From assembly GCA_035493555.1 (NCBI GenBank), contig DATJIC010000007.1, positions 1 to 62,606 on the forward strand: a DNA stretch of 62,606 bases. The letters run 5' to 3'. Below the pieces are notes generated by a model that ran no database searches, had not been told where the DNA came from, and saw only the letters and a program-made list of their open reading frames with translations. The translations under genes and the position numbers were made by a program. Source of the stretch: Verrucomicrobiia bacterium (GTDB taxonomy: Bacteria > Patescibacteriota > Saccharimonadia > Saccharimonadales > Saccharimonadaceae). Each line of letters begins with the position of its first letter. Within the stretch, counting starts at the first letter, position 1. This document shows, piece after piece, positions 8,751 through 17,904 of the stretch.

Positions 8751-8990
8751 TTACTTTTTAGCTTTCTTAAAATATTTGGTAATCATCCGCATTAAAACCA
8801 TGGGAGAAGTAAACCTCGTCACGCCAGCGACCGTCTTTTCAATATGTTCGGCTGTCCGCTGCGCCGAATCGGTAACGGCCTTTATTTGCTGCGTCACCTT
8901 TATGAGCATTACCGTCAGCACGATAGCAAGTAAAAGGAAAAGTCCTAAGAACAGTGAAAGTATAATAACCAGGACTTGTGCCCAATCCAT
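8751..8990 (-). CDS. small N-terminally anchored membrane protein (possibly DUF948/YtxG-like)
   Basis: 79 aa with one N-terminal TM segment followed by an amphipathic helix. It lies next to the YtxH gene, as in Firmicutes ytxGH. Confidence 0.4.
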   Translation of the reverse strand: MDWAQVLVIILSLFLGLFLLLAIVLTVMLIKVTQQIKAVTDSAQRTAEHIEKTVAGVTRFTSPMVLMRMITKYFKKAKK

Positions 8991-9032
8991 GATGCGCTCC
9001 TTATGTTAGGTGGTCTTATACCACCTTACCAC

Positions 9033-9275
9033 TTATTTTCTAATCATGCGAACGATCCAAATGAGCAGAAGTGCTCCAAGAACCGCAACGATAAAACTAT
9101 AAATATTAAAACCGTTAACGCCACTGCCGCCAAGAAGCTCAACAACCCAGCCGCCAACAACACCACCGATAACACCCAAGACGATGTTTTTAAGGAGTCC
9201 ACCGTCTTCTTTCATGATCATGTTAGCCACCCAGCCAGCAAGACCACCCAGTATAATCCATCCTATCCAACCCAT
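9033..9275 (-). CDS. GlsB/YeaQ/YmgE-family (transglycosylase-associated) stress membrane protein
   Basis: 80 aa. The sequence MGWIGWIILGGLAGWVANMIM...GVIGGVVGGWVV is the characteristic glycine-zipper TM repeat of this family. Confidence 0.75.
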   Translation of the reverse strand: MGWIGWIILGGLAGWVANMIMKEDGGLLKNIVLGVIGGVVGGWVVELLGGSGVNGFNIYSFIVAVLGALLLIWIVRMIRK

Positions 9276-9334
9276 ATCTACCTCCTTTATGGATTAGTTG
9301 TTTGTACTTTCTATTATACTCGCTTTAAAAATAC

Positions 9335-10228
9335 TTAACCAAGCTTGGACCTAATGTGTTTTAAAAGTTCGCCGCTTAGTTCGTCGTGCGCCAAACCAAA
9401 ATCGATCACTGTCTTCAAGTATTCGAGCTTGTCACCAGTATCGTAATATGTCCCGTTTTTTACTTCGTACGCATAGTAGTCGTGGCCTTCGTTGATCATT
9501 TTCTGCATGATCGGCTGGAACGTAAACTCGCCCACGCCGTCAAATTCCTTTTGCGCCACCTCCAGATAGTTAAAGAAATCACCCGTGAGCAAATAGCTGC
9601 TCACCGAAGCAAGATCCGACGGCGCGTTCTCTTTACCTGGCTTTTCAACGATATGCGACACCTTAATCAGACCATCTTCAACCGTTTCGCCGGCGGCGAT
9701 ACCGTAGCGGTCGTATTCTTTTTCAGACTCAACCTTTTTACACGACAATACAGCGCCCTGGTGCTGCATATGTACGTCGATCATCTGCTGAAAGCGGCTT
9801 GGCGAGGCTACGATAAAATCGTCGGCCCAGGTATAGATGAACGACTCGTCCTTGCTAATAAGGTGGGCGGCGCTCATAAGCGGGGTAGCATTACCGTAAG
9901 GACCTTTTTGCCGGACATAAATAAAGTTTGCAAGGTTGGAAAGCTCATTTAGCTCATCGATAAAGTGCTGCTTTTTAGGACCGCCGGCGCGCAGGTTTGC
10001 CAGCAGATCTTCGTTTGGAACATCAAAGTGGTCTTCAATCGCCCGCTTGTTGCTGCTTCCTACAATAATAATATCTTTTATTCCTGCACCTACCAGCTCT
10101 TCGACGACATACTGGATGATCGGCTTGTCTATGAGCGGAATCATCTCTTTAGGCATTGCTTTGGTCTGCGGCAAGAAGCGCGTACCAAAACCGGCGGCGG
10201 CAATAATGGCTTTTGTTGGTTGTTTCAT
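9335..10228 (-). CDS. galU: UTP--glucose-1-phosphate uridylyltransferase
   Basis: I trimmed the start to the ATG at 10228 (MKQPTKAIIAAAGFGTRFLPQTKAMPKEM, the canonical GalU N-terminus). The longer track ORF would overlap the upstream gene. Confidence 0.85.
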   Translation of the reverse strand: MKQPTKAIIAAAGFGTRFLPQTKAMPKEMIPLIDKPIIQYVVEELVGAGIKDIIIVGSSNKRAIEDHFDVPNEDLLANLRAGGPKKQHFIDELNELSNLANFIYVRQKGPYGNATPLMSAAHLISKDESFIYTWADDFIVASPSRFQQMIDVHMQHQGAVLSCKKVESEKEYDRYGIAAGETVEDGLIKVSHIVEKPGKENAPSDLASVSSYLLTGDFFNYLEVAQKEFDGVGEFTFQPIMQKMINEGHDYYAYEVKNGTYYDTGDKLEYLKTVIDFGLAHDELSGELLKHIRSKLG

Positions 10229-10241
10229 TTCTCTTATACTC

Positions 10242-10823
10242 CTATTCTGTCTTTTGAACCGGCGACAGTATGCCTGAACGTGTATCTTGATATATCTCAC
10301 GGATGCGACGGACTATTTCTTCAATGGGCGGGTCGTATCCGCTGCTTGCATCAACTTCTATAACCGGAACATTCAGATCAAGCGGATCAACCGCCTGATC
10401 ATAGATCTCCTCCAGCTTGCCTTTGTATGTCTCTGCCCACTCAGAGGACCAACCTTCTTGCTGTCGCTGACGCTCGCGCTCAACAAAGCGTTCGTGTTCG
10501 TTGGCTGCCCTCGTATGAACATTAACTACGGTTGCCCGGGAAACGAGATGCTGAATTATATCGTTCTCGGATATGCCCTTATAAATAGTACCATCGGTGA
10601 CCAGACTAATCCCCTTGTCTAACATGTGAGTCAGTATATCGTAGTACGCTTCAACACCCTCAACGCCCCTGTTTATGGGCGCACCCTTCGTTAGTTCCAT
10701 ACCGCGCAAGACTTCGTCTCTTGGCACATGGGGTATCCGCAGCCACTTGCTTATATTGTGGCCAAGCGTCGTTTTGCCAGATCCGGGTACGCCACTGACA
10801 AAGATGAGAAGCGGCCGCCTCAT
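10242..10823 (-). CDS. P-loop NTPase / small-molecule-kinase-like protein (AAA_33 or zeta-toxin-like fold, function unknown)
   Basis: 193 aa with Walker A at the N-terminus (VSGVPGSGKTTLG) and no other recognisable motif. It lies 2 nt downstream of the gatB stop. Confidence 0.5.
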   Translation of the reverse strand: MRRPLLIFVSGVPGSGKTTLGHNISKWLRIPHVPRDEVLRGMELTKGAPINRGVEGVEAYYDILTHMLDKGISLVTDGTIYKGISENDIIQHLVSRATVVNVHTRAANEHERFVERERQRQQEGWSSEWAETYKGKLEEIYDQAVDPLDLNVPVIEVDASSGYDPPIEEIVRRIREIYQDTRSGILSPVQKTE

Positions 10824-10825
10824 TA

Positions 10826-12286
10826 CTAATTTAGCCGTTCCCTTATGAGCTTCTGCGCCAAGGCTGGGTTTGCCTTTCCCTGTGATTTTTTCATGATCTG
10901 GCCTACCAGATAACCAATAGCTTTGTCTTTTCCTTCTTTAATATCGGCAATAGACTGCGCACTGGCTGGATCGGCAAGGACTTCATCCACGATAGCCGCG
11001 ATCGCACCCTCGTCGCTTACCTGCAGTAAGTTTTTGGCCTCAGCGATTTTTCGTGGCGACTCATGGCTGGACAACAACTCGATAAATACCTCTTTTGCTG
11101 CCGTACTGCTTAATTCGTTCTTCTCTACCATTTCAGCAAGCTCAATAAAGCCTTCCGGTGCAAGATCCAGCTCTATTTCCGTGGCGACAGCATCGTCATC
11201 GGTCATATGGCCAAGCGCGCTTGCAAACCAGTGGGCGACACGTTTTGCGATGTCATTACCAGCCTTATCCTGGATATAAGTTACCAATGATGCGTATTCG
11301 CGGGTTGCAAGAAGCGAATCAATCACCGATCGGTCAAGGCCAAGAGTGAGCCACTTTTCGCGATATGCAGGAGGCAGCATGGGTACCGTCGCCTGAATTT
11401 CAGCAATCTCTTCATTGCTTAAAACAATTGGCGGAATATCGGCATCGGGCATGTAGCGGTAATCCTGGGCGTCTTCTTTAGAGCGCTGCGAATTGGTTTT
11501 CTGTTTGGCATCGTCCCAACCGCGCGTTTCCTGGACAACCTTTTCGCCTTTTTCAAGCAGCTCCACCTGACGACGGAACTCATACTCGGCTGCTTTTTCT
11601 ACGCTGCGGAACGAGTTGAGGTTCTTGACCTCCGCCCGTTTACCAAGTTCGGTCGCACCTTTTGGCGCGATCGAGATGTTAACGTCAAAACGCATGTTTC
11701 CATGGTATAGGTCCCCCCGTGTTACCCCTGCGTACGTCATAAGACGGTGCAGTTCGGCCGCATAGGCTTTGGCCTCCTGAGGCGAATGCATATCAGGCTC
11801 GGACACGATCTCAATCAGCGGCGTTCCCGCCCGGTTAAGGTCTACCAAGCTGTAGTCGCTAAAATGAGTCAGCTTACCAGCATCCTCCTCCATGTGAGCA
11901 TGGTGGATACGTACCTTTACGGACTCGCCGGTTTCAAGCGGCGCATCAATGTAGCCGCTAAGAATAATCGGCTGATACATCTGGGTTGTCTGGTAGCCCT
12001 TGGGGAGATCGGGGTAAAAATAATGCTTGCGATCGAACCGGCTAACATTTGCGATTTTTGCGTTAAGCGCCTTGCCGGCCTTTATCGCTAGGTCTACCGC
12101 TTTTCGGTTGAGCACCGGCAGCATACCCGGCAGCCCAAAATCAACAGGGCTAACAACGCTATTGGGTGATTTATCACGCGCATCGTTATCGGCACCGCTA
12201 AATAACTTGGTATCGGTGGCAAGCTGGACATGGCATTCAATGCCAATTGTCATTTCGTATTTATTCAGAATTTCATCGGTTAACAT
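10826..12286 (-). CDS. gatB: Asp/Glu-tRNA(Asn/Gln) amidotransferase subunit B
   Basis: 486 aa. It contains YEMTIGIECHVQL, a GatB core and a C-terminal YqeY-like tail. Confidence 0.9.
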   Translation of the reverse strand: MLTDEILNKYEMTIGIECHVQLATDTKLFSGADNDARDKSPNSVVSPVDFGLPGMLPVLNRKAVDLAIKAGKALNAKIANVSRFDRKHYFYPDLPKGYQTTQMYQPIILSGYIDAPLETGESVKVRIHHAHMEEDAGKLTHFSDYSLVDLNRAGTPLIEIVSEPDMHSPQEAKAYAAELHRLMTYAGVTRGDLYHGNMRFDVNISIAPKGATELGKRAEVKNLNSFRSVEKAAEYEFRRQVELLEKGEKVVQETRGWDDAKQKTNSQRSKEDAQDYRYMPDADIPPIVLSNEEIAEIQATVPMLPPAYREKWLTLGLDRSVIDSLLATREYASLVTYIQDKAGNDIAKRVAHWFASALGHMTDDDAVATEIELDLAPEGFIELAEMVEKNELSSTAAKEVFIELLSSHESPRKIAEAKNLLQVSDEGAIAAIVDEVLADPASAQSIADIKEGKDKAIGYLVGQIMKKSQGKANPALAQKLIRERLN

Positions 12287-12708
12287 TAGATTGCTCCTAT
12301 ATCCTTAAGCGCCTGCTTGAACGCACCAAGAGCACGCCTGGCGTCATCATAGCCAACAACCACACCAGATTCATGCGCGATCTGATTACGAAGCTTGTGC
12401 GCCGTCCATACGGCATTGGCGTTACTCCAGGTATCTTTAGCAATTTTCATGCGTTCACCCATTGTCTCACCTTTTATGCCGCGTTCGCGGAGCGCTTGGT
12501 CAAGCAGCTTGTCGGCTTCAAGAACCACCATCGAGAGGTTAGCTGAGTTTTCACGGGTCAGCTGTTTTTCTATGCCAAGCCAACGAAGGCGGTATTTTTC
12601 TACGTCTAGTGGTGCCGGACCTTTTTTGGTGAGTACCATTACGACAACTACAAGTATGGCAACAATCAGCACACCAATAAGAAACGCGAAAATAGTCGTA
12701 CTATCCAC
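12286..12708 (-). CDS. hypothetical single-pass membrane protein embedded between gatA and gatB
   Basis: One N-terminal TM segment (IFAFLIGVLIVAILVVVVMVL) is followed by a helical soluble domain. I prefer the GTG at 12708, 1 nt after the gatA stop. Its stop overlaps the gatB start (TAATG). Confidence 0.5.
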   Translation of the reverse strand: MDSTTIFAFLIGVLIVAILVVVVMVLTKKGPAPLDVEKYRLRWLGIEKQLTRENSANLSMVVLEADKLLDQALRERGIKGETMGERMKIAKDTWSNANAVWTAHKLRNQIAHESGVVVGYDDARRALGAFKQALKDIGAI

Positions 12709-12709
12709 G

Positions 12710-14110
12710 TTACTTGTCCTCCATTGAACGGGCGAGTGAGAGTAATGCCGCATCGCTCTTTCGAGGCCCAACCAACTGCACGCCTACTGGGAGGCCCGCG
12801 TCGGTTGCCCCGGCGGGAACACTCACGGCAGGAAGCCCCGCAAGGCTTGGGCCGACCGTCATGATGTCCGCCAAGTACATTTTTACGGGGTCAGCTGTGT
12901 TTTCGCCCAAACCGAATGCTGGCGTAGGGGCCGTGGGACACAACAATACATCGTAGGTTTCAAACAACTTATTATACTCATTAACCAAAAGTGTCCGCGC
13001 TTTTTGTGCCTGCAGGTAATACGCGTCAAAAAAACCGCTCGAAAGGACATAACTGCCAATCATGATACGACGTTTGTTTTCCGTTACAAAGCCCTCGTCG
13101 CGGGTTTTTCCGTACAGCTCTGCAAGCGTCTTGACTCCTTGCGCGCGATGGCCATAGCGAATACCGTCGTAGCGGGCTAAGTTACTACTTACCTCTGCGG
13201 GAACGATAATGTAGTACATCGCAAGCGCGTGCTTTACCATTGGCAGGCTTACTTCTTCAACGGTATGACCCGCGGCGCGAAGCTTGTCTGCATACTCCGA
13301 GGTTCGACGGCGTACGATTTCATCGACGTCGTCGGTCATGCTCTCTTTTAAAATGCCGATTTTTTGACCAGGTTTAGATTCCTGAACCTTAAAGAAATCG
13401 GGCAGCGTCGTCATGTCGCGAACATCGCGACCGCTCATAACGCCCATAACTATCTCAGCGTCAGCTGCCTCTTTGGTAAAACAGCCTATTACATCCGTGC
13501 TGCTTGCCATTGCAACCACCCCGTAGCGGCTTACTGCGCCATAGGTTGGTTTAATGCCAACGACTCCGTTAAAGCTCGCGGGCTGACGGATAGATCCGCC
13601 CGTATCTGTTCCCAGAGCAAACGGAACGATATCAAGTGCTGTTACAACGGCCGAGCCGCCACTGCTTCCACCGGCAACTTTCGTTTGATCGAAAGCATTT
13701 TTTGTTGGCCCGAACGCAGAGTTTTCGGTACTGCCACCATGCGCAAACGCATCGAGGTTGGCTTTACCAATACAAATTGCTCCGGCGGCCTCGAGTTTTT
13801 CGACGGCAGTTGCCTGGAGTGGCGTATTAAATACCTCGAGCATTTTACTTGCTGCGGTCGTGGGCGCGCCAAATGCCAAAAAGTTATCCTTGGCAACAAA
13901 GGGAACGCCAGCCAGCACGCCGGCCGTCTCGCCTTTTTTACTGCGCATATCTATATCATCTGCGCGCTCTAAGGCACGTTCTTTTGTAAGGCTTAAAAGA
14001 GCGTGATATGACTCGTTTGCCTCAACATTAGCAAACGCCTCTTCAATATACTGACGGGCGGTTTTTTTACCGCTCGTAACATCGGTGACTATAGTTGTGA
14101 TTCGGCTCAT
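12710..14110 (-). CDS. gatA: Glu-tRNA(Gln) amidotransferase subunit A
   Basis: 466 aa with the amidase signature GGSSGGSAV and the Ser-cisSer-Lys context. Confidence 0.9.
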   Translation of the reverse strand: MSRITTIVTDVTSGKKTARQYIEEAFANVEANESYHALLSLTKERALERADDIDMRSKKGETAGVLAGVPFVAKDNFLAFGAPTTAASKMLEVFNTPLQATAVEKLEAAGAICIGKANLDAFAHGGSTENSAFGPTKNAFDQTKVAGGSSGGSAVVTALDIVPFALGTDTGGSIRQPASFNGVVGIKPTYGAVSRYGVVAMASSTDVIGCFTKEAADAEIVMGVMSGRDVRDMTTLPDFFKVQESKPGQKIGILKESMTDDVDEIVRRRTSEYADKLRAAGHTVEEVSLPMVKHALAMYYIIVPAEVSSNLARYDGIRYGHRAQGVKTLAELYGKTRDEGFVTENKRRIMIGSYVLSSGFFDAYYLQAQKARTLLVNEYNKLFETYDVLLCPTAPTPAFGLGENTADPVKMYLADIMTVGPSLAGLPAVSVPAGATDAGLPVGVQLVGPRKSDAALLSLARSMEDK

Positions 14111-14400
14111 TGGAGTACTTTCGGCACTTTTACTTGGTTATTGGTAGATTCGGGTGCAAGATTTAGTAGTTGCTCACGGGTAACTTGGTCGTCGATTACT
14201 TGGTCGTCACGCCATACGTTCTCTAGGTCGGTGACCTGGTAGGTAGGCTCAACGCCAGCAGTGTCAAGTTCGCCAAGCTGCTCTACATATTGCAGGATAT
14301 TGGAAAGATCGGCCTGCAAGCCGTCAAGTTCTTGGTCGGATAAATGCAAGCTACTTAGCTGTGCAAGATGTTGCACGTCGTCACGAGATATCTGTGTCAT
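14107..14400 (-). CDS. gatC: Asp/Glu-tRNA amidotransferase subunit C
   Basis: I use the start at the ATG at 14400 (MTQISRDDVQHLAQLSSLHLSDQE, the typical GatC start). It ends with a TGA that overlaps the gatA ATG (ATGA). Confidence 0.8.
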   Translation of the reverse strand: MTQISRDDVQHLAQLSSLHLSDQELDGLQADLSNILQYVEQLGELDTAGVEPTYQVTDLENVWRDDQVIDDQVTREQLLNLAPESTNNQVKVPKVLQ

Positions 14401-14451
14401 AAATTCTATTATAACCGATGAAAACGTAAAATACACACTTCTTGTACATAC

Positions 14452-14485
14452 AAAAGAGCGTCCGCATTCAAGCGGACGCTCTTTT
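14452..14485 (-). terminator. rho-independent terminator after the ABC transporter operon
   Basis: There is a perfect 14-bp inverted repeat, AAAAGAGCGTCCGC/GCGGACGCTCTTTT, with a 6-nt loop and T runs on both strands. Confidence 0.7.
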
Positions 14486-14499
14486 TATATTCTAATTTT

Positions 14500-15621
14500 T
14501 TACTCCCAACGGAAAACGCGGAAAGCAATAAAGTAAATAACGACCAGCCAAATGCCAATGAGACCAAGCTGAGGCGCGATATCTACAAGGTGCTTGCCTT
14601 CGGTGGCAATAAGACGGATACCGTCGATGATTGGCGTAAGCGGCAAAAGGCCCGAAAGGTTCTGTAGCCAATCAGGCATCAAAAAACGTGGGAAGAACGT
14701 ACCAGAGAGGAACATCATTGGGAACACAATAATGTTTGAGAGTGGCGCCGCCTGACGTTCGTTCTTAGCCCAGCCACCAAGTGCCAAACCAATTCCAAGG
14801 ATGGTAATGATACCAAGAACAAGGAATAGCCCAAGTTCAAAGTAATTTCCCACTACCTGCAAGTGGAACACAAGTATTGCCACAATAAACATCGCCGTGA
14901 GCGAAATGAGACCGATAATCGCCTGCCCGATCATTGTCGAGAGGAAATACTGCCAAACCCGTAGCGGTGTCGTGCTGAGCCTGCGGAGGATTCCCATTTT
15001 CTTTAGCTCTGGGAATACGTTAACCGGCCCAAAAATGCCCATACCGATAATAGAGAATCCAAGCAGCCCGGCAAACGTGTAGTCAAACGCGCTCAGACTT
15101 TTTTCGTTTAATTCGTTGGTCTTTACCGTAAACGGTTCTTGAACGTTTACGAACTTAGCGTTAATTTGCTTAAACTGTGCCTGCAGGACGCTGCTTAGTG
15201 CCTGACCGGACTGTTCGTTGTTCTTGGTGTAAACAATCTCGGCTTGGCCCGAAGGAGTCTTGGAACCCTTTTGGACATCGCCAAAGTCTTTTGGAAGGAC
15301 GATCGTAGCGTCAAGCTCCGACTTGTTCATTTTTTCCTTGGCGGCATCAAGCGTGGTAATGTCCTTATTTACTTTAAGGACCTTGTTATCGCTCGCGCTT
15401 TTTGCAAACTCTTTTGCGAATGAACTGTCCGACTGGTTAATAACAGCCACGTTAAACGACACGTTTTTATTGCCGCTGTTAAGACTGCCAAACACGAACA
15501 AGAAAATCAGCGGGAAGCCCATGCTGAAAAACAGCGCCAGCTTGTCGCGGAAGAACCTGCGGGTGTTGATTTTTACAAATGTTGCAACTGTATATAATGA
15601 TCGTTTCATATTACTGGCCAT
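14500..15621 (-). CDS. ABC-2 type transporter permease
   Basis: 373 aa. An N-terminal TM segment is followed by a large extracytoplasmic loop and about 5 C-terminal TM segments. It overlaps the upstream ATPase gene. Confidence 0.7.
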   Translation of the reverse strand: MASNMKRSLYTVATFVKINTRRFFRDKLALFFSMGFPLIFLFVFGSLNSGNKNVSFNVAVINQSDSSFAKEFAKSASDNKVLKVNKDITTLDAAKEKMNKSELDATIVLPKDFGDVQKGSKTPSGQAEIVYTKNNEQSGQALSSVLQAQFKQINAKFVNVQEPFTVKTNELNEKSLSAFDYTFAGLLGFSIIGMGIFGPVNVFPELKKMGILRRLSTTPLRVWQYFLSTMIGQAIIGLISLTAMFIVAILVFHLQVVGNYFELGLFLVLGIITILGIGLALGGWAKNERQAAPLSNIIVFPMMFLSGTFFPRFLMPDWLQNLSGLLPLTPIIDGIRLIATEGKHLVDIAPQLGLIGIWLVVIYFIAFRVFRWE

Positions 15622-16372
15622 CCCTTAGCCCTTTACCAGTCAGGTCGATGAAAACATCTTCCAGGTTGGCTTGCTCAACGTGCTGTTTCTTTGAAAAGCC
15701 GCGTTTTAGCAGTTGTTGAATAAGATTTTTAGGCGTATCAATTGCCACGATTTTACCGTTATCCATCACGGCAATACGGTCACAGAGCACCTCGGCCTCG
15801 TCCATATAGTGCGTGGTCATGATGACGCTGATTCCTTTGGCACGGACCTTTTCAATAAGCTCCCATAGGTGCCGGCGTGCCTGCGGGTCAAGCCCTGTTG
15901 TTGGTTCGTCCAAAAAGAAAACCTTTGGCCCGTGAACAAGTGCCGTTGTAATGCTAAGACGCTGCTTTTGACCACCCGAAAGTGACTCAACGTAGCTGTT
16001 TGCCTTTTCCTCAAGCTCGACATCACGCAGGAATTCCATTGGGTCAACATGCTCGCCATATGCTGCTGCAAACATTTCAACTACCTCGATAAGTTTTGTC
16101 TTATCCTGGAACGCAGGTGTTTGCGGCTGCACGCCAATGAGGTATTTGATTTTTTGCGGGTCTTCGGAAACGTCGATGCCGTCGATTTTTACCGTGCCGC
16201 CATCAATCGGGCGGAGCGTCTCCATCATTTCAAGCGTGGTCGTCTTACCAGCACCGTTCGGCCCCAGGATGCCAAATATTTCACCCTTTTTAACCGTAAA
16301 GCTGATGCCGTCGACCGCCTGCTTGTCGCCGTATCGCTTCTTAAGATCTGTTACTTCTATCATTGCTTTCAT
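15611..16372 (-). CDS. ABC transporter ATP-binding protein
   Basis: It has Walker A GPNGAGKTT, the signature LSGGQKQRL and Walker B FFLDEPTTGLD. Confidence 0.9.
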   Translation of the reverse strand: MKAMIEVTDLKKRYGDKQAVDGISFTVKKGEIFGILGPNGAGKTTTLEMMETLRPIDGGTVKIDGIDVSEDPQKIKYLIGVQPQTPAFQDKTKLIEVVEMFAAAYGEHVDPMEFLRDVELEEKANSYVESLSGGQKQRLSITTALVHGPKVFFLDEPTTGLDPQARRHLWELIEKVRAKGISVIMTTHYMDEAEVLCDRIAVMDNGKIVAIDTPKNLIQQLLKRGFSKKQHVEQANLEDVFIDLTGKGLRDGQ

Positions 16373-16411
16373 AGTTATTTAGTTTACATGATAAGATAAT
16401 TTTTGTCATTA

Positions 16412-16439
16412 AAAACAGCCCCGCTTAGGAGGCTGTTTT
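16412..16439 (-). terminator. rho-independent terminator after the DEAD-box helicase gene
   Basis: The stem is AAAACAGCC/GGCTGTTTT with a 10-nt loop, followed on the minus strand by a TTTTTAATG T-tract. Confidence 0.6.
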
Positions 16440-16457
16440 AGGTGGTAAACCGATAGC

Positions 16458-17687
16458 TTACCGCTGTTCGATAAACGTGTGTGCACGACCAGATGCACCA
16501 CCACGGCCAGTACGGCCGATACGGTGAACATAGTCTTCGTACGTTTGTGGCGTGTCGAAGTTAATCACGTGCGTAACATTAGGAATGTCAAGACCGCGGG
16601 CGGCAACATCGGTTGCTACCATAACGCGGACGCGCTCGTCTTTAAACTGCTTTAGTGCGCGCTGGCGCTGCGACTGGTTTTTATTACCATGGATCGCAAC
16701 CGAGCTAATGCCCATGTTATCCAGGTGGTCGCTAAGGCGCTGAACGCCAAACTTTGTTTCACCAAACACAAGTACTTTCTCGTATTCGTCTTTGTTGCTA
16801 AGCATATCCGTTAGCTTTTCAAGCTTTTCGGCCTTGTCGCGAACTTCAATGACATCCTGCTCAACATGCTCGGCTGTCTCGGTCGTACGAACAGATACAG
16901 TAACAGGATCGTTCAAGAACTCGTTTACCAAAACGGAGATTTCCGGTGTGATCGTGGCACTAAAGAATAGCGTCTGACGGTCACGAGGCATCTCGCTTAC
17001 AATCTGGCGGATGTCAGGCAAAAAGCCCATGTCGAGCATGCGGTCAGCTTCGTCGAGAACAAGCGTTGTCATATTCTTAAGCTGCAAAACGCGGCGCTGC
17101 ATTAAGTCTTTTAGACGGCCAGGTGTGCCGATAATAAAGTGTGGGCGGCGCTTTAGGTCGCGGATCTGACGGTCGATATTAACACCACCGACAATAAGTG
17201 TCGAGTAGAGGTTAAGACCTTTACTAAATTCACGGAACTGCTCGTCAATCTGCTGAGCAAGCTCGCGGGTTGGCGCTACAATAAGGACGCTTGGGCGAAG
17301 CGTAATGCCGCTTTGGCGCTCAATAATCGGCAGCAAAAAGGCAGCCGTTTTACCCGTACCAGTATTAGCAAGACCAATAACGTCTTTTCCTTCAATAATA
17401 TGAGGGATCGCCTGGTCCTGGATGGCACTAGGTGTTACATAGCCTTTTTTGGAAATGTTGTAGTGCAGATCGGCACCGAACGGAAAATCCGCAAACTTGT
17501 GCTTGGATTCGTACACGACCTCATCGGCTTTAGTAACTGCTTTGTTGATAAATTTAGACGGGTGAATGTACTTTTTAGCTGGGCCACGGTTACCGCCGCC
17601 GCGACGTCCGCCGCCGCCAAAACTACGTGAACCGCCCTGTGGGCGTCCTTGGTTAGGGCGTCCGCCCCTTCGTTGTTGAAATGCCAT
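16458..17687 (-). CDS. DEAD-box ATP-dependent RNA helicase with an N-terminal Arg/Gly-rich tail
   Basis: It has the Q motif, AxTGTGKT (NTGTGKTAAF), VLDEADRMLDMGF, SAT and HRIGRTGRGG. The N-terminus is RRGGRPNQGRPQGGSRSFGGGGRRGGGNRG. Confidence 0.9.
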   Translation of the reverse strand: MAFQQRRGGRPNQGRPQGGSRSFGGGGRRGGGNRGPAKKYIHPSKFINKAVTKADEVVYESKHKFADFPFGADLHYNISKKGYVTPSAIQDQAIPHIIEGKDVIGLANTGTGKTAAFLLPIIERQSGITLRPSVLIVAPTRELAQQIDEQFREFSKGLNLYSTLIVGGVNIDRQIRDLKRRPHFIIGTPGRLKDLMQRRVLQLKNMTTLVLDEADRMLDMGFLPDIRQIVSEMPRDRQTLFFSATITPEISVLVNEFLNDPVTVSVRTTETAEHVEQDVIEVRDKAEKLEKLTDMLSNKDEYEKVLVFGETKFGVQRLSDHLDNMGISSVAIHGNKNQSQRQRALKQFKDERVRVMVATDVAARGLDIPNVTHVINFDTPQTYEDYVHRIGRTGRGGASGRAHTFIEQR

Positions 17688-17862
17688 AAAAAATAACCCT
17701 TTCGTTATTCAAATTGATAGCTGTATGCAGTCAGGAAGGGGGTTAACCCTAGGAGAACAGCGAGAGGATATTTCGGTGGTGGCGCCTGCTACGTAGTAGC
17801 TTTTACTATAGGTGCGCTCATCTTTGAAAGAGGCTCGACATTCATCGAATGCAATGTTATCT

Positions 17863-17891
17863 ACTTTAGCACAAGAGTACTAAAAAAGCAA
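17863..17891 (-). promoter_or_regulatory. candidate sigma70-type promoter (TTGCTT-N17-TAAAGT) giving a roughly 170-nt leader for the DEAD-box helicase
   Basis: The reverse complement of 17886-17891 is TTGCTT. A 17-nt spacer follows, and the reverse complement of 17863-17868 is TAAAGT. The 217-nt spacer is the longest non-coding stretch upstream of a CDS in this window. Confidence 0.3.
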
Positions 17892-17904
17892 GTCCATAAG
17901 CGGT

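Noticed and set aside
10229-10300. N-terminal extensions of track ORFs (galU 9335-10300, gatC to 14436, the 20743 gene to 21570, HAD to 54408, arcC to 60505, pheT to 43899, gap to 29460 via GTG, glpQ-like from TTG 31766)
   Set aside because: The extensions overlap upstream genes or add non-conserved leaders. Internal ATGs coincide with canonical family N-termini and with SD or -10 signals.
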